NCBI GenBank assembly: GCA_049700835.1
Contig: JBNAUL010000002.1
Coordinates: forward strand, 334,275 to 398,274
Direction of reading: 5' to 3'
Length of the DNA stretch: 64,000 bases
Source of the DNA: Candidatus Woesearchaeota archaeon
Lineage (GTDB): Archaea > Nanobdellota > Nanobdellia > Woesearchaeales > WAPY01
Shown piece by piece: positions 52,507-61,182 of this stretch; within the stretch, counting starts at the first letter, position 1, and each line of letters opens with the position of its first letter. Under the pieces are notes generated by a model. That model searched no databases and was not told the DNA's origin. It was given only the letters and a program-made list of their open reading frames with translations. The translations under genes were made by a program, and so were the position numbers.

Positions 52507-52573
52507 TTTAACGAACACCTGGTTGTATAATTTTAAAATTTTGCATTTTGTGCTTGTACTTATCTGCTGTTCT

Positions 52574-52957
52574 TTATTGTTGCTCTTCCTTGGCTTTCTC
52601 CTCGGACTTTTCCTCTCCGCTTTCGCGCAACAACAATTTTCTTGAAAGCTCTTCTATCTGTTTTTTAGCATCCCCTTCCTTAATTATTGCAACGCTTGCA
52701 GTTCCAACAGACAAACCTGCTGCCACCCCAAGTTCTTCCTTGCTAGGAACTTCTATTAAAGGGATGTTCTTTTCCTTTGCAAGCAAAGGCAAGTGCATCA
52801 CAATCTCCTTCGGAGAGACATCCTTCGCTATCACTACCAATTTTGCTTCTCCTTTTTCAACAGCTTTTGTAACCTCGTTCGTTCCTTTTCTTATCTTGCC
52901 TGTTGTTCTCGCTATCTCAATGCATTCCAAAGCTTTATCAATTAGTTCTTCTACCAT
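52574..52957 (-). CDS. rpl7ae: 50S ribosomal protein L7Ae
   Basis: [39 protein letters not shown] 52957 after AGGTGA. Confidence 0.97.
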   Translation of the reverse strand: MVEELIDKALECIEIARTTGKIRKGTNEVTKAVEKGEAKLVVIAKDVSPKEIVMHLPLLAKEKNIPLIEVPSKEELGVAAGLSVGTASVAIIKEGDAKKQIEELSRKLLLRESGEEKSEEKAKEEQQ

Positions 52958-53002
52958 TTTAATCACCTTTTCCAGAGCTTACAAGAGCTAGAAACAAAAC
53001 CT

Positions 53003-53025
53003 CTTTCGAGCTTCGCTCTCATAAG
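53003..53025 (-). promoter_or_regulatory. Candidate kink-turn-like element in the rpl7ae 5' leader
   Basis: CUU-AU-GA-GAGC-GAA-GCUC-GA-AAG downstream of TATA TTTATAAA (53058-53065). Confidence 0.4.
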
Positions 53026-53114
53026 TCACAGGTTTGATTCTGTGGCAATCTCTATTGTTTATAAATCTTTCTCTTTTTTGGTTCTGTTAATTTATTGTTG
53101 ATGACATAAACATT

Positions 53115-53298
53115 GCAATCTTATTTTAATCATTCCTTGCACAGATTAACAGTTTGAAATTTAGTTGACTTTTGTATATTTCCCAAAACCATTTATAATT
53201 TCAATACGCTTTATCACAGTATCATTAATATGCCATTAACTAGCGATTGGAATTAAGTTATCTACAAATTCCTTAGCTAGAGCAGAATATTCCATAAC
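53115..53298 (-). mobile_element. Decayed IS6-family (DDE) transposase fragment
   Basis: Frame-stitched translation VMEYSALAKEFVDNLIPIAS*WHINDTVIK/NYKWFWEI/STKF..CKE*LK*DC follows the IS6 pattern W..KYS....VD.L.P....WH.DE..IK...W.W..D..TRF....S.ER. Confidence 0.5.
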
Positions 53299-53390
53299 AT
53301 ATGCGATTTAACGAAGTCGTGCGTAGCAGGATTTGAGTGTAGCAGGTGTAACCGAACAAAACCGTTAAAAACCGTTAAATCGCTATTCAT
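53292..53390 (-). repeat. attC-like imperfect inverted repeat
   Basis: Perfect 11-bp inverted repeat GCGATTTAACG (53303-53313) / CGTTAAATCGC (53373-53383); on the minus strand it is followed by ATAT-GTTATGG. Confidence 0.5.
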
Positions 53391-53522
53391 TTCTCCGAAC
53401 TTAGTGAGAATTGAGTTTTAGTGAAACTTTGCGAAGCCAAAAAACTTAAAGTTCAGAAAGAGCAAATGCTATCGAGCGAACAAAATGAGCAATCAGGCAG
53501 AAAAGTCGAGGGCAAAATTAAA

Positions 53523-54456
53523 TTATTTTAGTTCATAAACATTATCCAGCAAATCAGGTTTTGGAATATCAGAAAGTTCTCCCTTTCCACCTTTTTTTAG
53601 CCATTTAATATGCCACAAATATAATAATCCAACTGACATTTGTTCTAAATATATTCCTAATGTCCAGATAATTCCCTCATAGATTATTACACCAGTCCAG
53701 AATAAAGATGAAAAAGCAAAGATGAAAAAGCAACACCTGATTTATCTATATAAAAGATAATTATCAATGGAACAGACATAAAAAGAGATGTAATTCCTGT
53801 TGAGGTATATGTAGTGAGGAATTGCATAGGATGTCTTTTGATCACTTCAAGAGACCTCTTAAATGCTGAGAAAGGACCCTTATTTTCCCATGCTATTGCA
53901 GGCAAGGTTAAGAAAATATACATTCTTACCAATTTTTCAAACATCCTCAGACCTAACTTTAACCATGAGAATGGTCCGGAATTAGCACCGCCCAAAGTTA
54001 AAGCTGCGTCTCTTGCAGAAGGTTCTGGTCTTGAACTTTTACTATCTTTCTCTTTGCTTGTTAAAACACTTATTATTAACATAACAAACCATATTATCGC
54101 CTAAATAAGTGCAACAATAATGACTTTTAGTAAATCAACAACAAGTGATTCTTTAAGAGCTTTGAAAAAAGATATTTTCTCTCCAGACTCAATCTGTTGC
54201 ATAAATTCAAGCATCATGATATTTGCAATACAAATTATCATCGTGATTAGGAAAATTACTCCAAAGATTATCAACAAACTTAAACCTAAATCATTTGGAA
54301 AAGTAAAATAATATCTCAGATACAGAATTAAACTTGCGATTAATGCCCAAGCAAAAAAGATTGGAATTAAGAAGATTGGTTTCTTAAACAAGAATCTAAA
54401 TGAGTCAACAAATAATTTCCATCCTTCGCCAATACTTTTAAAATCTATATATTCAT
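53523..54456 (-). pseudogene. Inactivated polytopic membrane protein gene (three lesions)
   Basis: Extra AT after ATG 54456; in-frame TAG at 54101-54103 in ALI*AIIW; 14-bp tandem duplication 53704-53731. Repairing all three gives one ORF ending ...KPDLLDNVYELK* at 53523. Confidence 0.8.
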
Positions 54457-54694
54457 TCTATTCTTAAAGCATCTATATAAATATTTCGAATTTGAGTTGT
54501 TCTATAAATAATAATTTATCCTTTCTGAATACTCAATAGAGACAACGGGCTTCATCTCACAGATAAATCTATTGGTATTCGCCTATGATTTTATAAAAAC
54601 CAAATTCAACTGAACATTATATTTCAACTGAATATTTTATTCTGAAAATTAATTCTGAAAAGATTTTTATAGTATAAGGTTTTAGTATTAGAGC

Positions 54695-55384
54695 ATGAAA
54701 AACCCGATTGCCTTTTCAAAGAAAGAAGGGTTTAAAATTCCAAAACACATAGGAGTAGCGTTTGAAGAGGTTTCAGAGACAAAAGAGGACTGCGAGTTAA
54801 AAAAAGAACTTGTCATAAAGATGCTCAATCAGCAGCAGTTGTTAAAGATACCTATGCTTAGCATTCTTCTACTTTCTCAGGAAGCACTCTCAAATGAAAA
54901 AACATTTGAAGAAGAACTAAGAAACCTTGAAGAACTTCTTGAAACTATTCTAAAAAAGGCGCAGGAGCAAAAGATAAGAATAAGCGTCTTTGGGAATTGG
55001 CACAGGCTTCCTGATTCAACCTCAGAGCTGATAAAGATGGTAGTTAAGGAAACAATGGAATACAACGATTTCTTCCTAAATCTTTGCATAAACTACGATT
55101 CAAAGGAGGAAATAGTTGATTCATTTAAATTAATTATGAAGAGAATAATGAGCGGAAGGCTCAGTATCGATATGCTCGACAAGAGTACAATAAAGGAAAA
55201 CCTCTATTCTTCACACATCATAGAACCTGAACTCATAATAAAAACAGGATTGCCTAAGATACCAAATTTCTTCGTGTGGGATTTTGTCGGGGCAATTTTA
55301 TACTTTACAAAGACGCATTGGAGAAATTTTAGAAAGAAGGATTTTTTGAGCGCAATAAAATTCTACAATGCTTACAAAAAATAA
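54695..55384 (+). CDS. UppS/cis-prenyltransferase family protein with degenerate catalytic motifs
   Basis: IPKHIGV, IRISVFGNW..LP, FLNLCINYDSKEEIVD, PELIIKTG, NFFVWD, LYFT..HW..F; lacks DGNRR and the C-terminal RxG. Confidence 0.8.
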   Translation: MKNPIAFSKKEGFKIPKHIGVAFEEVSETKEDCELKKELVIKMLNQQQLLKIPMLSILLLSQEALSNEKTFEEELRNLEELLETILKKAQEQKIRISVFGNWHRLPDSTSELIKMVVKETMEYNDFFLNLCINYDSKEEIVDSFKLIMKRIMSGRLSIDMLDKSTIKENLYSSHIIEPELIIKTGLPKIPNFFVWDFVGAILYFTKTHWRNFRKKDFLSAIKFYNAYKK

Positions 55385-55544
55385 AAAAACTTTTTATTCC
55401 TTTTGGTGTAGCAAAAAAACATTTTAAACTCCTGCATCATATGCAAGTATAATTTAAATAATAGTAGAAAACATAGAAAATAAAAAAGAAAATAAGAACA
55501 ATCAAAAATAATCAAAAAAAACAATCAAAAAGGCAAGAACAGTA

Positions 55545-56015
55545 ATGCAAAAGATGAGAAATCTCTTTGAAGTGGACTTTGAAGTGTTATTTGTTGAAAA
55601 GAAGAAAAAGAAGAAAAGGGCTCAGATAAGCATGGAATTTTTGATAATAATGGGCTTTGCAATGGCTACAACAATTCCACTGCTCTTAACATACTATGAG
55701 TATTCAAGGAACGCCAACATTAGAATAAAAACAGAACAAGTATACAAAATTGCAAGGGAAATCGCTGATAGTGCAGAATCTGTCTATTACATAGGTGCTC
55801 CTTCAAAGACAACGATGAGGGTTTATATCCCTGAAGGCGTTGACAGCATTGAAATAAACCAAAGAAAAATTGTTTTCAAAGTCAAATTCTATGGAAACAT
55901 AAGTGAGATTTCATATTCTTCAAATGTCAATCTCTCAGGAACAATTAGCAGCCATCAGGGCATACATAACATAGAAATAGAGGCAAAAGAGGACTATGTT
56001 GAGATAACAGGATAA
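55545..56015 (+). CDS. Class III signal peptide (pilin-like) protein
   Basis: KKRA|QISMEFLIIMGFAM (QxSxE type); start uncertain. Confidence 0.8.
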   Translation: MQKMRNLFEVDFEVLFVEKKKKKKRAQISMEFLIIMGFAMATTIPLLLTYYEYSRNANIRIKTEQVYKIAREIADSAESVYYIGAPSKTTMRVYIPEGVDSIEINQRKIVFKVKFYGNISEISYSSNVNLSGTISSHQGIHNIEIEAKEDYVEITG

Positions 56016-56184
56016 AGCAAATAAAGAAATCAAAATAAAAAATCCAAGAAACAATTATGATTGTAATTGTTGTTAAAAAAACATGATTTAAAAAATGAGT
56101 AAGATAAGAAAAATATATGATTGGAATAAGACAAGAGTGCAATGCAAGCAGTTCAAGCATGATGCAAAAGGGTGTTGATAAAAA

Positions 56185-56589
56185 ATGAAGAACTTTAAAT
56201 CAAACCAAAAATCGCAGGTTGCATTTGAGTTCATAATGCTAATAGGAATAGTATTTTTATTCTTTGGAATAACGATCTATGCAATAATGGAGTTGTCAGA
56301 AACAGCAAGGTACAGGGCTGAATCAGAGTGTTTGAAGGACTTGGGCTTAAAGTTGAAGCAGGAAATACTCTTAGCATCAAATGCACAGGATGGGTATAGC
56401 AGAACATTTGAAATCCCTGATAAAATATACGGAAACGATTACAACATAAGCGTTGATGGAAGCTTCTTGGTTCTAAAAACAAAAAACAGGGAATACTACA
56501 CTAGAATTGAAAACTTCACAGGATTTTTTAACATAACGAGCAACAGAATAAGAAAGGAAAACGGGCTTGTTTACCTGAATGTTGATTAG
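56185..56589 (+). CDS. Class III signal peptide (pilin-like) protein
   Basis: QKS|QVAFEFIMLIGIVFLFF. Confidence 0.78.
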   Translation: MKNFKSNQKSQVAFEFIMLIGIVFLFFGITIYAIMELSETARYRAESECLKDLGLKLKQEILLASNAQDGYSRTFEIPDKIYGNDYNISVDGSFLVLKTKNREYYTRIENFTGFFNITSNRIRKENGLVYLNVD

Positions 56590-56641
56590 CAATCTCAACT
56601 TAAAATTTATCAACCTATGGTTATAATATGATTTTGAGAAA

Positions 56642-57151
56642 ATGAAATCAATGATAAAAAAAAGAGGAAAAAAGAATGGGCAAGTCTTTCTGTTAGACAT
56701 CATCGTGGGAATTCTATTCTTCACGACTGCATTGATCTTTTACTTTAAGTATGCTCAAAACATAAGTTCCCAAAATCAGGAATACGAACTGATGATGCTT
56801 GATTCAAATTACATTTCAAGCACTCTCATGAGCGAAGGTTATCCTTTGAACTGGGAGGAACTTCCAACAGAAAATATCTCCTACGGATTTTCTCCTGGGA
56901 TAACCAACAGGAGATATTTTTTAAACCAAACAAAATTGAATGCGTTAAAAGCTTTGGCAGAAAGCAACTATTCGTTTGTAAAAAAGAGTTTTGAAACTCC
57001 GTATGATTTCTACATAATTTTGGAAACAAAGGATTTAAACACAACATTTGGCAGGAATTATTCTGCAGCAAAAACCCTGGTAAGAACAACAAGATTTTTG
57101 TTTTATAATGGTTCAATCATAAAAATGCATCTCTATGTTTTTTATCAATAA
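56642..57151 (+). CDS. Pilin-like protein
   Basis: KKNG|QVFLLDIIVGILFF. Confidence 0.72.
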   Translation: MKSMIKKRGKKNGQVFLLDIIVGILFFTTALIFYFKYAQNISSQNQEYELMMLDSNYISSTLMSEGYPLNWEELPTENISYGFSPGITNRRYFLNQTKLNALKALAESNYSFVKKSFETPYDFYIILETKDLNTTFGRNYSAAKTLVRTTRFLFYNGSIIKMHLYVFYQ

Positions 57152-57205
57152 ATTAGCAAATAAAAAAGAAAAAATAAACAAGAAACAAGAAAATAAAAAA
57201 CAAAA

Positions 57206-60022
57206 ATGAAAATCAAAAAAATTAAAATCAATTGCCCTGAAAATAAGAGTGCTGCGCAAAAATGTTTTGTTAAAACAGGATGCTCTGAAAGGGCGCTCTT
57301 CTTCAGCATCGATGGACTTGTAGCACTGTTGATAATACTCTTTGGGCTCTTGCTTATATCCCAATCGTATTTCTATGAAAAACCGAGAATGAGTTTGGAA
57401 TACGCTTCTTCTGATTTGATCGGAATTCTCTCAGAAGCAAAAATAAGCGAGATAAACAATTCTTATGCTAATGAACTGATAAGCAACGGAACGATAAAAG
57501 AATACGAACTAAACAATTCTGTACTTGAAGTCATAGGAAAACTTTGGGTAAGCAATAAAAGAGAGGAAGCAAAGAATCTCTTTCGAAACATAACATTTGG
57601 TTTAATACCTAATGATTTTGGTTTTGGAATTTACCTTAATAACAACCCAATTTATGAGAGGAACTCAACATCAAATAAAGAGGTAATTGCCTATTCAAGG
57701 ATGATTTCAGGGATAGAAGAAGAAAAGCCTGTTGAGGGCTACACTGCAAAGGCGTTCATAAATTCAATAGAGGGCTCTTATTCTTATTCCTATGCCTTTT
57801 TTGGAGGGCTTGTAGGACAGGGAAACATCACAAAGTACATAATGATGCCGAGCAGTTTCAATGTAAGTTATGCTTACATGCAACTTGATGTCGGAAACAA
57901 TTTTACTCTCTACATAAACGGCAACTACTCGGGGCACTATGTTGAGGGCTGCTCTGGAGGAGGATTCATGAGGGCTTATACCTGCGTGATAAATGAGAGT
58001 TACTATTCAAATTTTATTCCTGGTTTGAATGAATTAAGGTTTGCATTTGATAGTCAGAATAACTCTTACATCGCAGGCGGTTTGTTCTCAGTAAAGTATT
58101 TCACGCAAGAAACTAATTTTTCAGAATCAACATACAATGCTGAAACAAACACGAGCACAAGAACAGAATACCTTCCAGGAGTAAGTTCTATTATAAATGT
58201 TTATTCCTCATTCTATGTACCTGGAAATTTAACATCATTGGAATTTTTCCTAAATTTTTCAACAGATTATCCAATATTCATGAAAATAGGAAACTTAACT
58301 GTTTATGATGGAATGATAAACAATGCAACAGGAGATTTAGCAGTAAACTTAACAGACGATATTCTCTATGCTTTAAATTATTCTTTCATCAGCGAAAAAA
58401 CAGTTCCTTACAGAATAGGGCACTATGAATTCAACGAATCAAACATAACTGGGCAAGGACACAATGCAGATGTTGTCTTGATAACAGACCTTTCAGGAAG
58501 CATGAGGTGGAGGATTGGGGACTGGTTAGAAATTCCTGGAAATGCAAGAACTTGCGACAATCCTGATCTATATCATAAAAACGACACAAGGAGGGTTTCT
58601 GTTGCTAAATGCTTGGATATTGAATTCGTTAATGTAATAATGAATTTTTCAGGCAACAGATTATGGCTTGTTGATTTCAACGATGCTGCAAATTACTATT
58701 ACAGCACGAGCAAGGATTTATTAATAAATAGAATAAAAAATTATCCAAATAATCCCACAGGAGGAACGTGCATCTGCTGCGCAATAAACCTTGCATATGA
58801 AATACTGAACAATTACAGCGGGCCCTCAAGGACAAAATTTGTTGTTGTTATGAGTGATGGAATTCCAAATTATTGCTGCGGAAGATACTGGCAAGGTTGG
58901 TTTTGGAGGTGCAATACGACAGGAACCTCAACAACAGGTCTCTATATACCGTATGGTTGCGATGGGAGTTCTGATGATTGCGAATCAAATGATTGCAATA
59001 GCGCAATAAACAGTTCAATAAATGCTGCTGCAAGAGTGCACAATAATTTAAACGCTACATTGTATTCAATCGCTTTTGGCCCAATGTTGAATTGCTCAGC
59101 TGCAAATCAGACGCTCTTTGAAATCGCAAGAGTTGGAAACGGAAGTTACTATGGAAGTAAAAATGCAAGCGAGCTTTTGGAAATATATAGGGATATTGCA
59201 AATCAGATAAACAACAAATCAATAACATTTGAATATCAAAAGGTAAATGCTGTAGGAGTTCATTCGCAACTGCATCCAAATTCTTACATAAAGATGTCAT
59301 ATAACCCTAAAACCCCTCCAATAAGTTACGGAACAATGCCTTTAACTATAGAGAGCAACAATTTTGGAAACTTCATTTCCCAAGGAAATTTTTACATGCC
59401 TCCAAACACAAGCGTTTCAGAAGCCAAGGCAATCTCATTTTCATCTTATTATTGGACAGACAACCTCACAATAAACAACAGACAGGCATTCAGACTTAGC
59501 GAATTCAACAGCAACTATCTGCTGCTTGGAGACCCATTCATAGTTTATATTCCATTACCTGAAATCATCGAGGGCAACAATTCTGTTATAGTTAGTACAG
59601 GATACTCTCCAACGAACAATACAGGAGGTTCTCCTGACAACAAGGTAATCTATACTCTGCTAACCAGGAATTTTGTCAGTTACTCTGCAACAGAAAAGAA
59701 TGCTGACGGCTGCACATGGATAATCTATTTTGAAGATGAAAGCAATGCAACGCTTAAAACACCTGTAAATTACAGTGGAGAAGATTATTGCATTTACAAT
59801 GCAACAGCATCAGGAACAAACTGCATCTACAATTCAAGTTATCAAACAGATGACGCAATAGAAAAGGCGTTTTGCGAACTGCTCTCTTTGCTTGACCCTG
59901 ACAAAGACGGAAAATTAAATATCAAGATATCGCAATCAAGCTTTAACTTCGAGATTGTTGTTATATCAAAGGTTCCTTCGCTTTGGGGGCCTGCAATTTT
60001 AAGGATTGCTGTTTGGAAGTAA
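57206..60022 (+). CDS. Large pilin-like VWA-domain protein (candidate pilus adhesin)
   Basis: RA|LFFSIDGLVALLII; MIDAS DVVLITDLSGSM...GGT...VVMSDG with Cys-rich inserts. Confidence 0.8.
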   Translation: MKIKKIKINCPENKSAAQKCFVKTGCSERALFFSIDGLVALLIILFGLLLISQSYFYEKPRMSLEYASSDLIGILSEAKISEINNSYANELISNGTIKEYELNNSVLEVIGKLWVSNKREEAKNLFRNITFGLIPNDFGFGIYLNNNPIYERNSTSNKEVIAYSRMISGIEEEKPVEGYTAKAFINSIEGSYSYSYAFFGGLVGQGNITKYIMMPSSFNVSYAYMQLDVGNNFTLYINGNYSGHYVEGCSGGGFMRAYTCVINESYYSNFIPGLNELRFAFDSQNNSYIAGGLFSVKYFTQETNFSESTYNAETNTSTRTEYLPGVSSIINVYSSFYVPGNLTSLEFFLNFSTDYPIFMKIGNLTVYDGMINNATGDLAVNLTDDILYALNYSFISEKTVPYRIGHYEFNESNITGQGHNADVVLITDLSGSMRWRIGDWLEIPGNARTCDNPDLYHKNDTRRVSVAKCLDIEFVNVIMNFSGNRLWLVDFNDAANYYYSTSKDLLINRIKNYPNNPTGGTCICCAINLAYEILNNYSGPSRTKFVVVMSDGIPNYCCGRYWQGWFWRCNTTGTSTTGLYIPYGCDGSSDDCESNDCNSAINSSINAAARVHNNLNATLYSIAFGPMLNCSAANQTLFEIARVGNGSYYGSKNASELLEIYRDIANQINNKSITFEYQKVNAVGVHSQLHPNSYIKMSYNPKTPPISYGTMPLTIESNNFGNFISQGNFYMPPNTSVSEAKAISFSSYYWTDNLTINNRQAFRLSEFNSNYLLLGDPFIVYIPLPEIIEGNNSVIVSTGYSPTNNTGGSPDNKVIYTLLTRNFVSYSATEKNADGCTWIIYFEDESNATLKTPVNYSGEDYCIYNATASGTNCIYNSSYQTDDAIEKAFCELLSLLDPDKDGKLNIKISQSSFNFEIVVISKVPSLWGPAILRIAVWK

Positions 60023-60078
60023 AGCAAAAAATAAAAAGACATCAAAAATGGAATGCAATAAAAGAAAAACGCAATAAA

Positions 60079-61062
60079 ATGATTTGCAAAAAAATGAACG
60101 CCATAGACAACAAAAAGGGAATCTTTTTTACAATAATTGCAATTTCCTTGTTGGCAATAATACTTCTCTCAATTTCATACACATACTCCTACAAGAATAG
60201 AAAGCAGATGGAAGCAATTGGCTCAAGGATAAGGAGCATGGACAATTTTGTAAGCGATTTGGACAAGGACTTGGAAAGAGGAATTTACATATCAGGCTTT
60301 AGAACAATATTGGGAATGCAATCTGTCATAGAAGAAAAAGGAAGCTTTTTGGAGAGCAGCAAGCAGAGTTTTAAAGAGATTTTTATGAACGGAAGCATAA
60401 ACCAAACTCCTGTGAGCATAATGAACGACAGTTACTTTTCCAACTGGATTGAAAAGATAGAAGATAGGGCTTCTGAATTAAACATAGGCGCAAACATAGT
60501 TGTAAATGATGTAATCGTAAATCAAACAGAACCATGGTTCGTAGATGTCAGCGTTAACATGAGCATTGAATTAAATGATTCAAACAGATTGGCTTCGTGG
60601 AATAAAACTATTTTTAAGACAGTCAAAATAAGCATAATCGGTTTTGAAGACCCTCTCTATTTCATAAACAGTTACGGAAAGATAAGCAACATAATCAACA
60701 AGACGCCTTATGAAAATTTCGTGATCAGCAACAACACTACAAACCTTCTGCTGCATTTGAACAGATCATACTATGTTGCTTCAAATAAAGCTCCTAATTT
60801 TTTGATGAGGTTTGAGAACAACCTTTCAAGTTCTGAACAAGGAATTGAAAGTTTGGTCAATCTTCAGGAGTTTGCCAACTTAGGACTGCAGATAAAGGAG
60901 AGGAGCGTTGTTGATTACATCTATTTTGGCAACAGGACAACATTTAATCTTTGCGTAAACAACACTCTTGCAGAACCAGACCTTCCGAGCTGGTTTAGAC
61001 TTGACACTGATGACAACCATGTTGAAAAATACCAAATAGTAGAAATCAACTCAAGCTGCTGA
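60079..61062 (+). CDS. Pilin-like protein
   Basis: KKG|IFFTIIAISLLAIIL; start moved from 59983, which overlaps the upstream gene. Confidence 0.72.
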   Translation: MICKKMNAIDNKKGIFFTIIAISLLAIILLSISYTYSYKNRKQMEAIGSRIRSMDNFVSDLDKDLERGIYISGFRTILGMQSVIEEKGSFLESSKQSFKEIFMNGSINQTPVSIMNDSYFSNWIEKIEDRASELNIGANIVVNDVIVNQTEPWFVDVSVNMSIELNDSNRLASWNKTIFKTVKISIIGFEDPLYFINSYGKISNIINKTPYENFVISNNTTNLLLHLNRSYYVASNKAPNFLMRFENNLSSSEQGIESLVNLQEFANLGLQIKERSVVDYIYFGNRTTFNLCVNNTLAEPDLPSWFRLDTDDNHVEKYQIVEINSSC

Positions 61063-61182
61063 AAATTTTAAAATAAAAAAATCATAATTCAATGAGAAAG
61101 TTTTTAAACCAGCAAATTTTTAAACTATGCTGTAAACTATGCTGAATAAAAACTGAGTAACGCTCAAACTGAGTGGTGAAAA

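Noticed and set aside
49188..52991. Many antisense ORFs of 60-150 aa over EF-2, ndk and ribosomal genes (and elsewhere)
   Set aside because: Shadow frames of strongly conserved genes, with S/F/L-rich non-protein-like composition.
54101..54103. TAG read-through or stop-codon recoding
   Set aside because: The same gene has two frameshifts, and TAG terminates normal genes here (polB, the MNT-HEPN gene, 56589, 62367).
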